NCBI GenBank assembly: GCA_951406725.2
Contig: OX597818.1
Coordinates: 46,686,001-46,750,000 of the forward strand
Origin: Octopus vulgaris
Lineage: Eukaryota
Direction of reading: 5' to 3'
DNA: 64,000 bases
Made by a program: the position numbers and the translations under genes. A model generated the notes under the pieces. It ran no database searches. It was not told where the DNA came from and saw only the letters and a list, made by a program, of their open reading frames with translations. Position 1 is the first letter of the stretch; each line of letters opens with the position of its first letter. This document shows, in pieces, positions 26,591 to 39,640 of the stretch.

Positions 26591-27220
26591 TTGACCGTGT
26601 AAACCGAGTACTGACTGCGTGAAAGGTGTTGCGGTGTTGGATTTACGATCATAACGCTGTAGGACGTGAGTTCGATTCCTGAACCGTACAGCGGATAAGG
26701 CAAATCATTCCCTGCTGTTCAAGTCTACTCAGCTGAATATTTGATGGTATAAAAGACATACGGGTGCAATAGACGCACCCCAATTTCAGCAGCACTTATT
26801 CAGGAAAATTGTTCTTAGTGCATTAAAGCATGTAATATTCAAAACAACTCTGCATATAGGACCCAGGGTAATTTTTTGAAAAATTTTGGTGGTGTGGTGA
26901 GCCTGCCTGGTAAAGTCATGTATCCCGCCACAACTCCCTAAACCCGGCTACCACCAGATCCAAAGAAGAAGAAGAAGAAGAGGGGTACTTAATTTTACAC
27001 ACACCGGAAGAGCTGAAAGGCAAAGGTTGACCTCGGCGGGATTTGAACTCAGGATGCTGAGCATCGGGACGAATAACTCGAGATATTTTATGAGACGCTC
27101 TAACAACTCTACCGTAATGCATACATGCATAGACACATTATATTTAGAGAGAGAGGGGGAGGGAGGGAAGGAGGATGTGGGAGACAGACGGCACAATATT
27201 TTCGACAAACATAAGTACAA

Positions 27221-27275
<55 letters not shown>

Positions 27276-28064
27276 CATGCATGCATATGTGTAAACATAT
27301 GCAGACGGGGAGAATGAATGCAAGGGCGTGTGTATGTATATGCGTCTGTTTATGTATGTGTGTGCACGTTTGTGTATATGTGTGTGTGCGTGTGTATGAC
27401 ACAGACTGACAGTTCCAGTAGTTATTTATATAATAGATTAGAAATATCTTTTTTTTTCATATGTTAAACTGTAAATGTCTGCTGTGTTTGCTTGTTCAAT
27501 TGTATTCATTTTCTTTGGGGTTTTTTTTTATCTTCTTCTGATTCTCTTTTTCTCTTTTAAACGCCGTGTTATTGTTTTCAAAAAAAAAATCTCTCTCTCT
27601 CTCTCCTCTTTCTCTCTAGGAGCGTAATCAGTGCTAACTTCATTCCTGCTCGTACCTCTTCCTACTCCCACAAAAGAAGTCATATTACATTACTCGCAAG
27701 CAACATTATTTTTTTTAATAATATACATGTTTAAAAGACGGTTCTTTCTTCTTACCCCACGCAAAGCGGTAGACGTCCAAATCGTTCTGAAATCGTTTGT
27801 ATACAAACTGAAACAACAAACAAAAAGATATTTTCCTTCATTAAGTATAATGCAGTAAAAATCCAACTTTTTTTCTTTATGTGGATGTCTCGAGAACGTC
27901 TATACACGGCAACACATAATATTAATAATAATCGTTTCAATTTTTGGCACAAAGCCAGCAGTCTTGAGGGTAGGAGAATAGTCGATACCATCAAGTCCCG
28001 TACTTGACCGATGCTTTATTTTATCGACCGCAAAAGGAAATTCAAACCAGAGTGGCAATAAATA

Positions 28065-28630
28065 TTAGGTTGTCCGGAAAGTTCGTGCCGATTTTTAAAG
28101 GAAAGAATAAGGTCAATAAATACTTGCCATTACATTTTTAATCTACCAAACATGAACCAATTTGTTACACAATGCGTCTCCATCTTTCCTTTAACTTGAA
28201 AATACACTCTTCCCAGAATTGAGGTTGTTTCATGGCAAAGAATTCATCAAGGTATCTTTTTACGTCATCCAAGGAATTGAAACTTTTACCATTAAGACTA
28301 TTCTGCAGAGGCCTGAATAAGTGGAAATCCGAAGGAGCAATATCTGGTGAATATGGAGGGTAGGGTAACACATCCCAGCCGAGCTTCAGCAATTTTTGTC
28401 TGGTTCCCAAAGCATCAAGTGCTGAAAATCAACTTTCTTATCTTTCATTTTAAAGGGTTACAGAATTAACACAGGTTATAGGAACATAAACCTTCTTCCA
28501 TGAAAAGATAGCTTAAACTGTGCTCTAAATGGAGGTATAGTCAAGTCCTATTTTCTGAACTCAACCATGTTCTAAAATAAGTCGAAATGTAAGCTACTAT
28601 AAATCGGTATGAACTTTCCGGACAACCCAA
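28065..28630 (-). mobile_element. Internally deleted mariner element with both TIRs
   Basis: TA|TTAGGTTGTCCGGAAAGTTC ... GAACTTTCCGGACAACCCAA|TA. ORF 28165-28410(-) has LGWDVLPYPPYSPDIAPSDFHLF. Confidence 0.92.
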
Positions 28631-28694
28631 TACTATATGATTTTGTCTAACGCTCTAAAGATTCTGCAAGCTCGCAATCTTAATAAATCTTTTC

Positions 28695-29295
28695 TATAAT
28701 AGACACAAAGCTAACAATTTTGGAGGAGGGGGTAAGTTGATTACATCGATCGCAATGCTCAACGGGTACTTATTTTAACGACTCTGAAAGGATAAAAAGC
28801 ATAGTAGACCTCAACGGAATTTGAACTCAAAACGTATTTTATCGACCCCGAAAGGAAGAAAGATAAATTCAACCTCGACGGAATTTGAACTCAGAACGTA
28901 CAGACGAACGAAATACCTATTTCTTTACTACCCACAAGGGGCTAAACACAGAAGAGACAAACAAGGACAAACGGATTAAGTCGATTATATTGACCCAGTG
29001 CGTAACTGGTACTTATTTAATCGACCCCGAAAGGATGAAAGGCAAAGTCGACCTCGGCGGAATTTGAACTCAGAACGTAGCGGCAGACGAAATACCGCTA
29101 AGCATTTCTCTCTGCGTGCTGACGATTCTGCCAGCTCACCACCTTATGATTTCAAATTTTGTCTCAAGGGCAGCAAATTTGGGGAAGAGGGATGAGCCGA
29201 TTACATCGACCCCAAGTGTTCAACTGGTATTTATTTTATCGACTTCGAAAGGATGAAAGGCAAAGTCGACCTCGGCGGAATATGAACTCAGAACC
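28695..29295 (-). mobile_element. Cluster of SINE-B copies including a multimer junction
   Basis: Junction GAAATACCTATTTCTTTACTACCC near 28910. Confidence 0.85.
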
Positions 29296-29669
29296 TGACA
29301 ATATGTGCATCTCTCATCACGAGCAGAAACAGTGTGGGAGAATCATAGTCAAGTGTTGAGAGGGATTCTTTGGAGTTTGAATAATTCTCCTCTGAAAACA
29401 TGGGTATTTCGTTCATCTTCCTTAAACAAACCTTATTCAGGGGCCTTTTGAGGCGGATGGACAACTCGACCTGAAGAAAATTCTAACTGAGCCCCACCTG
29501 CAAGTTCATGCGCTGTTTATCTTGAAATGAGATCACCATGTCGCGCACTTAGGGTTGTGATGCATTGCCTGGTGTATCCTTATCAGACGGTGTATCCTTA
29601 TCAGATGGGTATACTGGGCCTCGTATAGTTCTACCCCAGTGTCCCTTTTATGGCATATGCTGTTCTCTA

Positions 29670-29813
29670 AAAGAGTTTCAAATGACAAGAAGGTATTCCT
29701 CTCTGGAAGTAAAAAATAATCTATGAAATCAACTTCGAAGCGGAAACAGAAACTTCGAAATAGTTCAATATAAACAAAGGAATTAAAAGAACAACAACAA
29801 AAAAATCGGGAAC
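29670..29813 (-). repeat. Unclassified ~155-bp dispersed repeat, copy 2 (inverted)
   Basis: Matches 25094-25250. Confidence 0.8.
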
Positions 29814-29814
29814 A

Positions 29815-30274
<460 letters not shown>

Positions 30275-30599
30275 TATCTTCGATATTACTTCACGAGTCA
30301 GCAATATTCGGACACTGAACGAATTTGTATAGAATGGTTTCGTGGCCCTGCATACATTTCGTACTGTGTCGACTAACAACAGTAAATTGCTTGTTGAGTT
30401 TATCTCGAACCACACTGATGCCCATTTGTAGTAGTATCTGCAAAGGTATTTCAGATGTTGTCCCTAGTCCCCAAGTTGAAATTCTTCCGAAAGACTTAGT
30501 TCAGTTAATCTTTATCGACGGCCAAACTCTCCTCGAAAACATCGTCGATCCCTTCGCCAGCACTCGTCTTCTTTTCTTTTTCCTTTCCTTTATCTTTTC

Positions 30600-30827
30600 T
30601 TTGTATCAGTCATTAGACTTTGGTCATGCTGGGGCATCGCCGTGAAGAATTTTTTAGTCGAATGAGTCGAACCCAGTACTGACTTTTTTTTAAACCTGAT
30701 ACTTATTCTATTGATATCTTTTGACGAACCGTTAAGTTACATGGACGTAAACACACCAGCACCGGTTGTCAAGCGGTGGTGGGGGACAAACCGAGACTCA
30801 AAGATACACAAACACACACACAGACAT

Positions 30828-30879
<52 letters not shown>

Positions 30880-31376
30880 ACCGTGACCGACCAGGCTATC
30901 AGATGTTGCTACACATCGCTGGTCACAATGCGCTTCGCATTGTTTTAGCCTTCAAATGACGCCACCCCGCTGGCTAAGGGAGCAGACCAACAGAAGAAAG
31001 AGTGAGAGAAAGTTGTGGCGAAAGTGTACAGCAGGGATTGCCACCACCACCTGTCGGAGCCTCGTGGAGCTTTAGGTGTTTTCGCTCAATAAACACTCAC
31101 AACGCCCGGTCTGGGAATCGAAACCGCGATTCTACAACCGCGAATCCGCTGCCCTAACCACTGGGCCATTGCGCCTCCATATATGTGTGTGTGTGTGTGT
31201 GTATGTGTGTATACGACGGACTTCTTTCACTTTCCGTCTACCAAATCCACTCACAAGGTTTTGGTCGGCCCGAGGCTATAGTAGAAGAGACTTGCCCAAG
31301 CTAACACGCAGTGGGACTGAACCTGGAACTATGTGATTGGGAAACAAGCTCCCTACCACACAACCACGCCTGCGCC
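30600..31376 (-). mobile_element. Older SINE-A interrupted by a SINE-E (30876-31178, -) in its microsatellite
   Basis: The A tail (30600-30820) and A head (31212-31376) flank a complete E copy. Confidence 0.8.
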
Positions 31377-31379
31377 TAT

Positions 31380-32800
31380 AGGAAACCAACATGGAAGTTT
31401 TAACAACTGCATTTCTCGACTGATCCACAATTACGAGCGTTTGACAAATGTCAGACACCCAGTCTTAGTTTTCGCTAATTCAAAAAAGCTGCAGCTCCTT
31501 CGAAGAGACTCACTACCGGAAAACCAGCTTCACAAATGGCGCCCACATCTTCTCACTGAGTTGAAATCTTTTCTGATGGCGCAGCTTCAGAGCATACCTT
31601 TGCATTATTTTCCACAGCATACCAAACCCTCCGCGTAAATGGCGTTTGCACGATTTGGACCTTTTAACTAATGGAACGCGTCCATTCCACAAGAAGCGAA
31701 ATAGCAGATGCTCCAGCGTAGCCAGATTATACTTGAGGTAAGGCAAATCGATCAAGCTGTAATAAACAACAGAATAAATGTAGACATTCGTCACCTCTAC
31801 TCGACATTTCTGGGGTGGTTTCTTCTCTACCCATTTCTGGGTGGGACTGACCATTCTATTTCTAATTCTAAACATCTTAATGACACTACTCGAACTATAT
31901 TCTAGACATCTTAATGACACTAGCGAGGCTTATCCTTATTAACAATACATACTCCAATTACCACCTTGCACTCCTTTTTTTTTATTGCCCACAAGGGGCT
32001 AAACATAGAGGGAACAAACAAGGACAGACAAAGGGATTAAGTCGATTATATCGACCCCAGTGCGTAACTAGTGCTTAATTTATCGACCCTGAAAGGATGA
32101 AAGGCAAAGTCGACCTCGGCGGAATTTGAACTCAGAACGTAACAGCAAACGAAATACCTATTTCTTTACTACCCACAAGGGGCTAAACACAGAGGGGACA
32201 AAACAAGGACAGACAAACGGATTAAGTCGATTACATCGACTCCAGTGCGTAACTGGTACTTAATTTATCGACCCCGAAAGGACGAAAGGCAAAGTCGACC
32301 TCGGCGGAATTTGAACCCAGAACGTAACGGCAGACGAAATACGGCTACGCATTTCGCCCGGCGTGCTAACGTTTCCGCCAGCTCGCCGCCATCTTGCACT
32401 CCTTCTGTGCACCGACTATCTCAATTTTGTTGCATCCAACACCAATATGGCAACACTATCTGTGTATGGCAAGACGACATTGACGACTTTACTGCGTCCC
32501 AGTTCCAGAAAGGTCCTTCAACACTTCTAGCTTCTACAATAATGGTTCAATAGCCAAAACACATACTAGAGCCATAGCACACCAACCAACTGTGATGGAC
32601 ACCAAGCGTGTGGGTCGACTTGGTTCCGACAGCTGGTTATTTAGGCTGATCACTGAGCAGACCCTGTTGCATATTAAAGCTGGACCGAAATCAGCTTTTC
32701 TGGGGACATCCACTAAGTATTGATCGTCGACCCTTTCAAAAATGTGATACTGGATCAAGTGGATCAGAATCCCACCGAGGCTAAGATTATTGACCCTTAC
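31380..32800 (-). mobile_element. L1/Tx1-like LINE ORF2 (reverse transcriptase region) remnants, interrupted by a SINE-B dimer
   Basis: GILIHLIQYHIFERVDDQYLVDVPRKADFGP resembles LDQxKAFDRV..YL..GFGP. LFRFLWNGRVPLVKRS..RGGFGM resembles F.W.GK..GGLG. Confidence 0.7.
31980..32390 (-). mobile_element. SINE-B dimer
   Basis: One head and two bodies, with the invariant junction near 32151. Confidence 0.9.
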
Positions 32801-33926
32801 CATCGTTCTTACCGTCGCTTTCATCGTCGATATCAGTTTGGGGGGGGGCGTTTAGCTGCCTTAAGTTCTCGGCTTACACATCTGTTACATGCATTCGTCA
32901 CTACCATAAAACAGTATCGACATTCTAATTCCTTGTTGATTCAAGCCAAAATTTGTGAGCCGCTAATTGTTTTGAGAAAACATGAACGTCACAACACTAA
33001 AAAAAAAATCTTCTGTCTGTTGAAATTTAGTTAAAAAATTACCATTTAGTTTAGTTTAGTTGTTTTGGTTTGTTTTTTTCTCTTTTGCTGATTCGTGATT
33101 TGGTCTTATTCCTTCCTATATAAATAGATATGCCAAAAAGCTTTTACATTTGATTTCTTTTGTATACACTACAAACAGAAAAGTTTCTGTATTCCAAATG
33201 CTTGCAGAAAAAAGTAAAAAATAAACAGGTTAATTAAATAGAAGAAAAAGATCGTCTTGAAGGTAATTATTTCTATATTTTTTAACGGCTATAAGATATC
33301 TTTATGTCTGCCTTCTCTAAATTATGGTAATATAAATACAAGTAGATGAACACGTATACTACTATGTACTATTATCTTGTTATTCGTATCTGGTGAGATC
33401 GTCGTGGCAACACACTGGTATTTATAGTCGCATTGGCACCGTTCAAGAGTTGGGATTAAGTTTTATTGTTTAGTGCTCGGCATTCAAATTATTTCTAGAT
33501 AGCCAATTCAGTTTATTCACTTCCTGCAATTCTAGTCTAAGGCTTGTGTTTTTACAGCTAAAAACAAAAGTAGAAGAAAAGATAAAAATTTGCCTTTTAG
33601 TTTTCACTCTCCTTCGTTATTCTTAAAAAAATAATGTTCTTGTACATGATTTTATCTTACACGTTACTAGAGAGAAACGCTGTTGCATTTTTGTATGAAC
33701 TCAGTCTTGAAAGACGAAGCATCGAAAGAACAACACAATATTATATTTTCATAGAGAGACGTGGATTTGGCAAAACCAATAAGACCGACGAACGAAATGC
33801 TCTGCAGTATGAAGATGATTCTCTTAACGTTCAGAGTTCAAATACCACCTTCGTCGACTTTACCCTTTTATCCTTCCAGTTTCAATGAAATATGTACGAG
33901 TTGAATGTTGAAAGTCAATCATATCT

Positions 33927-34088
33927 GTTTCTTTATTGCCCACAAGGGGCTAAACATAGAGGGGACAAACAAGGACAGACAAACGGATTAAGTCGATTAC
34001 ATCGACCCCAGTGCGTAACTGGTACTTAATTTATCGACCCCGAAAGGATGAAAGGCAAAGTCGACCTCGGCGGAATTTGAACTCAGAA
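33927..34088 (-). mobile_element. 5'-truncated SINE-B with TSD
   Basis: Flanked by GAAAGTCAATCATATC on both sides (near 33910 and 34086). Confidence 0.88.
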
Positions 34089-34155
34089 AGTCAATCATAT
34101 CGAGTACCCACCCACCAAAATGTGGAGCTTTCTGCCGATGTTAGAATTCAATATA

Positions 34156-34656
34156 TAGTAATCCCTCGACTATCGCGGGTATTATGTTCCAAAACCTCCT
34201 ACGATAGATGAAAATCCGCGAAGTAGAAATAATAGTACTGTACTGTATATATTTTTTATAATCTGTATATATTTATTCTATTATAAATGCAAAGCAACAC
34301 CACACACTCACCTTCCGAGTTTCGTTTCGTTTTCCATACTGTATGTGCGATCCTCTGTTTACTCATCTACGGTACTCTACGTATTTTCTTTTAATATATT
34401 TTAATTAACCACAGAAATAATTAAAATCTAAAAATATACATATACCTATCGGCCGCAGAAACCCGCAATATACCGAGGAGTCCGCGATATAAATTTACAT
34501 ATTAGGACTAAGTTTTATTGTTTAGTGCTCGGTATTCAAATTATTTCTAGATAGCCAATTCAGTTTATTCACTTCCTGCAATTATAGTCTAGCCAGAAAA
34601 ATCCGCGATGTATTGAGGGTGCGATAAGTGAACCGCAATATGGTGAGGGATTACTG
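34156..34656. mobile_element. Tigger/pogo-like MITE with CAGTAATCCCTCG TIRs
   Basis: TAGTAATCCCTCGACTATCGCGG ... GAGGGATTACTG|TA. Sibling at 44867-47760. Confidence 0.82.
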
Positions 34657-34819
34657 TATTCACAGGAGCGGCAGATTGGTTGGAGCAATAAAGCGTCGGA
34701 CAAAATACCTTACAGTCTTTAGTGCCGTTTCTTCACTTTCTGAGTTCAAATTCCCGTAATATTGAGTTTACCTTTTATCCGACATAGTCGACACTGTCAT
34801 GCCTTGCGATCAAATTAAC

Positions 34820-34997
34820 CGATTATACCTTTTCTGTCAGGTTTCTTGCAGTTAGATTAGACCACCTCTGCTGTAAGATTATACCTTCTCTAACTGTAAG
34901 GTTTCCACTGTAAGATTAAAACTGGAAGATTATATCTTCTCTTTATACCACTGTAAAACCTTAAGATTATACCTTCTCTAACTCTAAGGTTTCCATA
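34820..34997. repeat. Degenerate minisatellite (AAGATTATACCTTCTCTAACTGT-like)
   Basis: The motif recurs about 4 times with variable spacing. Confidence 0.65.
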
Positions 34998-35717
34998 ATA
35001 ACTCAAATTGGTTGTGCTGCAAATTGAATGAACTTGTTTTCTCAATGATCAAAAAGAAAGTTACAATGGAACTAAAAAAGAAAGTTCTCCATTGTGCCTG
35101 ATAATCCTTTATTTATATTTACAGAGGCAAACAAAAATTGAGAAATCAGACAGTCGGTTTCATCAAAACTAGTACTTGACTAGCACTTATTTTATTGATC
35201 CCTGAAGGATGGAAGACAATATCAACTGTCAAGATTTGAATTTAGAACGAAGTAATACAGTATAACATATAATTCATTTTCAACGAGTCTTTGATACTGT
35301 TTTTTTTCCTCTCCGCTGCAGAGTACATCGTTCATAAATTGTTGTTGCTGTTGTTTTACCTCAGATCAGCATGGGGTGAGCAGACCTATGATTAAATGTT
35401 CCAACCGTGACCATTCTACTTGTTTAAGTCTTTTAAGTCTGATACTTATTCTATCGGTGTTTTTCACTGAACCGCTAAGTTGCAGGGGTATACGCAAACC
35501 AACACCGGTTGCCATGTAATGGTGGGAACAAACACTGATACGCACATATATGCATAAACGACGGGCTTCCCGCAGTTTCCCTCGATTAAAGGCATTGGTT
35601 GGCCTAGGGCTATATTAGAAGACATCGCAGAGGGACTGGTTACAAAGCGAGCTTCTTAACCATACAATTATGTGTAAAAGTCTAATAATAAAAGTCTGAT
35701 GTTCACGGCCGGAACAT

Positions 35718-36110
35718 ATTTCTTTATTCACCTATAAAAAGGTTTACATAGAGGGGAAGTTACAAGGACAGACAAGGGACATGTAGGGTACAGACATGCT
35801 TCTTATATACAAGATGAAAAGACAGATGGATTTACATATATTTTACGGTTGGGAGTTAAAAATATAAGTGATGATCGGATGAGTTTTGGGTCCGGGTTAG
35901 TGAGTTAACCCGCCGGTTGGTTATCTCTTTTTGGTAATCTTCTTCCTTCCTTTTATGCTCCGACCGACCGTGCAAGCACAGCCTCGTGCATTCTCATCTT
36001 TCTTACCACTGTCGTCCATCTTTTTCCAAACGCTCTTTGCGGCAGGCTCCTCCTCTCCAGACGGATCTTTCACAGCCGGAACAACTTTGACTCTGAGTTT
36101 GTTCAATCAG
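35718..36110 (-). mobile_element. LINE (probably L1/Tx1-like) 3' end
   Basis: The terminus resembles the SINE-B tail and ends AATAAAGAAAT on the minus strand. The family assignment is an inference. Confidence 0.5.
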
Positions 36111-36688
36111 GACTCATCGGAGGCTAAACAATAACTAATTAATCCGTATCACTTTAATGAATGACAATCATTTTACTTTCGCCCCTTGCGGACAATTTAT
36201 TCTCGCCTTATATTTTTGAATGACCTAAAGCAAGATTTAACATTTGCGGGAACTACGTCCGCTTTCAGCATCCCCAGGATATCAAGCGGCGAATTGTCAG
36301 AATTGTCAGAGCGTCAGTTGGAACGTCTCGAGGTATTTGTTCTGATTGAGTTCAAATCCCTCGGAGGTCAACTTTACCTTTCCTCTTTCTGAGGTCGATA
36401 CAAAAATAACAACTTAGAACGGTGTAAGAATTAGCGGAGCTGTAAGAATTAGCGGATGTCTTGAAGTGTTTGCTCTGATTCTTTGTATCCTGGCTTGAGA
36501 TGCCACCATGGCCTTATCGGATGATAAACTTAATGCAAACGAGAGGTTTAATACCACCACCAGAAACCTTAGGTGCATTCAAGGGAGATTATTCTCTTGC
36601 AAGCATTCGGACCAAGTCACCGGTTGAACGTCTTCCTCCTCCTTTCCTTCATACCAGTCTCCGAAGCTCTGTAAAGGTACCCATGGCC

Positions 36689-37112
36689 CAACGCTGGATT
36701 AACCATTAAGCAAAATATGCATGTGCTTAGGACATCAAGGGAAGGCGGAGGGCACCACAGAAATGGTAAATGTTTCACGGCACGAAAGAAATCACTTTAA
36801 ACTTGCTAAAATAGTTATTCCAAGTGGTTTATAATGATCGGAAATATAATTTCGAAGTGTTCATGGTATCATAGTGAGGATCTGATCAAAAATTTTGCAA
36901 TTAAAAAAAATGTAAAAAACTTTTCAAATATAAATAAAAGTGGAAGTATACAAAAATAAGCATTTTCCATCTTACTGTTAGTTTCGTTTCATTTTGGAAA
37001 ATAAAAATTTATTTTATGGTTTATTATTATTTAAATTTTGAATTACATATATATGGGGACACCAACATTTTTTAAGGGTTTAAGGGCCTCTGTGGATCTT
37101 AATCCGGCCCTG
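36689..37112. mobile_element. hAT-type non-autonomous element
   Basis: CAACGCTGGATTAAC ... CTTAATCCGGCCCTG ends, with an 8-bp TSD CCATGGCC/CCATGACC. Confidence 0.75.
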
Positions 37113-37134
37113 CCATGACCCTTTACAGGGCTTT

Positions 37135-37260
37135 CGGCACTGCTTAAATAGAGGTCCCGATGCATCTACATAACGATGTTTTTACAGTGCACACCGGTTA
37201 GGGTTAGTTTTAGGGTTAGGATTACGTAGATGCGTCGAGACCTGTATTTAAGTAGTACCG
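37135..37260. mobile_element. Small hairpin MITE with ~39-bp TIRs and central TTAGGG-like repeats
   Basis: CGGCACTGCTTAAATAGAGGTCCCGATGCATCTAC pairs with GTAGATGCGTCGAGACCTGTATTTAAGTAGTACCG. Confidence 0.75.
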
Positions 37261-37624
37261 GTTGTACTCATTACCCTTTACAGGGCATCCGACTAAAAAG
37301 GTGAGGAAAAAAAAAAACAACCCACCTTTTCCGGTTTCGGTGCTTTACAGCAATTACTTCAAGGTAAACAGTCTATTTCAACTACCGGTGTTGGCCAGGT
37401 AAGTTCATTTTATTCAAAAAGCTGTTCCCATCGTCCTTTTATATCTATAACAATCTATTTTCATTCGTTGCTTTGACAAATTGATGGTTCTCTTAGTACA
37501 TTGCTTCGTTGTTTATTTATCCATAGCAGATTATTTCATTTTTTTTTTTTTCATCAGCAGATTGTTATCGACTTCCTTTTCTTGTCTTTCCTCTCTTATA
37601 ACTCAATTTATTTCGTAGAATAGT

Positions 37625-38000
37625 TGGTGGTTATATTTTATATATCTTTTAATTGGAACAATACTGGCTGCTTCTGAAAAACTGAAATGCAAAAGTTTTT
37701 TTTTCGTATTTTGAGAGCAAGATTACTTCGCATTATCCTAAAGTATACAAAGTAATTCGTTGAGAAATCATTAGAGAAATTTTTTTCTTAGAAGCAAGGG
37801 AGTTATGGAGGAAATAGAGACAGCCTTGCTATTGACGTATGCTATGGGATAATATACTATCAGTGTGATTAAAAATCACGTGGTTTCGGGTTCAGTTCTA
37901 CTGCGCAGCACCTGGGGCAAGTATCTGCAACCATAGCTCCGGATCGACCATTACCTTGTGAGTGAATTTGATAGATGGAAATTGTGTGGAAGCCCGTCGC
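37625..38000 (+). repeat. Old local duplication, copy 1 (unique flank plus head of an old SINE-A that runs to ~38235)
   Basis: Collinear with 44192-44710. Confidence 0.8.
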
Positions 38001-38563
38001 ATGTGTGTGTCTTTGTTCCTGTGTTTATACACACACACACACACACACCAGCTGCTGGAAAACTGGTGTTGATTTGTGTACATCCCCGTAACTGAGTAGT
38101 TCGCCAAAAGACACCGACAAAGTACCAGTATTAAAATAAAAGATAACTACCCGTGTCAATCTGTTCGACAAAAAACCCTTCAAAGCAGTGCCCCAGCAGG
38201 CCGCAGTCCAATGACTGAAACGAGTAAAAGATAAAAAATATTTTGAGTGATGAGTGATGTTAGAGCGCCGAACTAATTTTTACTTAATTTTTTCTTCAGA
38301 ATTTACTTCAGTCCTGAATTTGAATCCCAGCTGGATTGATCTCTTAACTTTCCAGTGTTAATAAAACATTTAATGATAAAGGTTGGGTTCATTTAATCAA
38401 CTATATCCGCCCCTTACAAATATACATATTTGTACTGTAAACACTTAACAATTCAGCATACTCTCCAACTAGTGAAATATTATTTTTTTAAATCTAGGGT
38501 TCAGAAATGCATTTGAGGATGGGCAGGATGGGAGCAGGCAATGAGAAATTATTATGTTCGCAA

Positions 38564-38743
38564 AGGCGGCGAGCTGGCAGAACTGTTAGCACGCCGGGCG
38601 AAATGCGTAGCCGTATTTCGTCTGCCGTTAGGTTCTGGGTTAAATAAGTATCAGTTACTGGGGTCTATATAATCGACTTAATCCGTTTGTCTGTCCTTGT
38701 TTGTCCTCTCTGTGTTTAGCCCCTTGTGGGTAGTAAAGAAATA
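38564..38743 (+). mobile_element. SINE-B with internal deletion
   Basis: Head and tail present; the central domain is missing. Confidence 0.85.
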
Positions 38744-39159
38744 ATTATTATGTTCGCAGTTTTCCTAGAGGCATTAACTAATGAAATAGAATAAACTGAA
38801 TCCATTTCAACCAATGATCAGACACTCTAGAGGTGTTCCCACGATATGTGGTTATCACTCCTCTTTTCAATCAAATGTTAGATTTCTTTTAATGAGCCCC
38901 AAAACCGATTTTTTTCTTGGTGTGGGGTGCTTAGTATTCACCAAACTTTCCTAACACAATGATAAGAGCATGTTATCAATTTCAAATGATTAAAAAGAAA
39001 AACAAGTCAACTCAACTGAACTCAAATATCATAAAACAACTAATATTGAGTTCTATTGTGCTTGAGCTCCTACTTTTTACTTTTGCGTTGTCCGCTTTGA
39101 ATGATAGCATGAGTGTGTATACTGTGTTGACAGTAATACAGAGAGAGAGAGAGAGATAA

Positions 39160-39640
39160 TATTGGTTTCAAATTTTGGCGCAAGGCCAGCAATTTCGGGA
39201 GAGAAGCTAAGTCGATTATGTTGACCCCCCAGTGCTCAACTGGTAATTATTTTATCGACCGCGAATGCAGGAAAGATAAAGTTTCCGCAATGGTATTTGA
39301 ATTCAGAACGTAAAGACGGACGGAATGCTGCGAGGCATTTTGTTGGTTGCGGTAACGGTTCTGCCAGTTCGCCGCCTTAATTAACATTAAAGTAACAATA
39401 ATGTATTCCAACCAGTAAATCACTTCAGATTTCGTCAGAATCCCAATGTTGAGCGAGGTTTTCTTGTCGCGTGAGAATCCATTAAATTGATTAAATTGAA
39501 CAAAGTACTTGTTTGATAATTTATTTTATCGGCCTTGGAAAGATGGAAGCCAAAGTTAATCTTAGCCAGATTTGAACTCGGAACATAAATAGCTGAAACG
39601 AATACATCGCGGCATTTTGCCTGGTACTCTAATAATTCCT
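39160..39640 (-). mobile_element. Two older SINE-B copies
   Basis: Diverged matches to the consensus at 39160-39378 and 39490-39640. Confidence 0.7.

Noticed and set aside
29300-29668. Repeat-like segments at 29300-29668, 19870-20100 and 43430-43610
   Set aside because: They look like SINE or LINE remnants but are single-copy in this window, with no diagnostic termini to support a call.
37340-37405. Splice-donor-like sites (AAG|GTAAAC, CAG|GTAAGT) suggesting a first exon
   Set aside because: Motif only; expected by chance in 64 kb.
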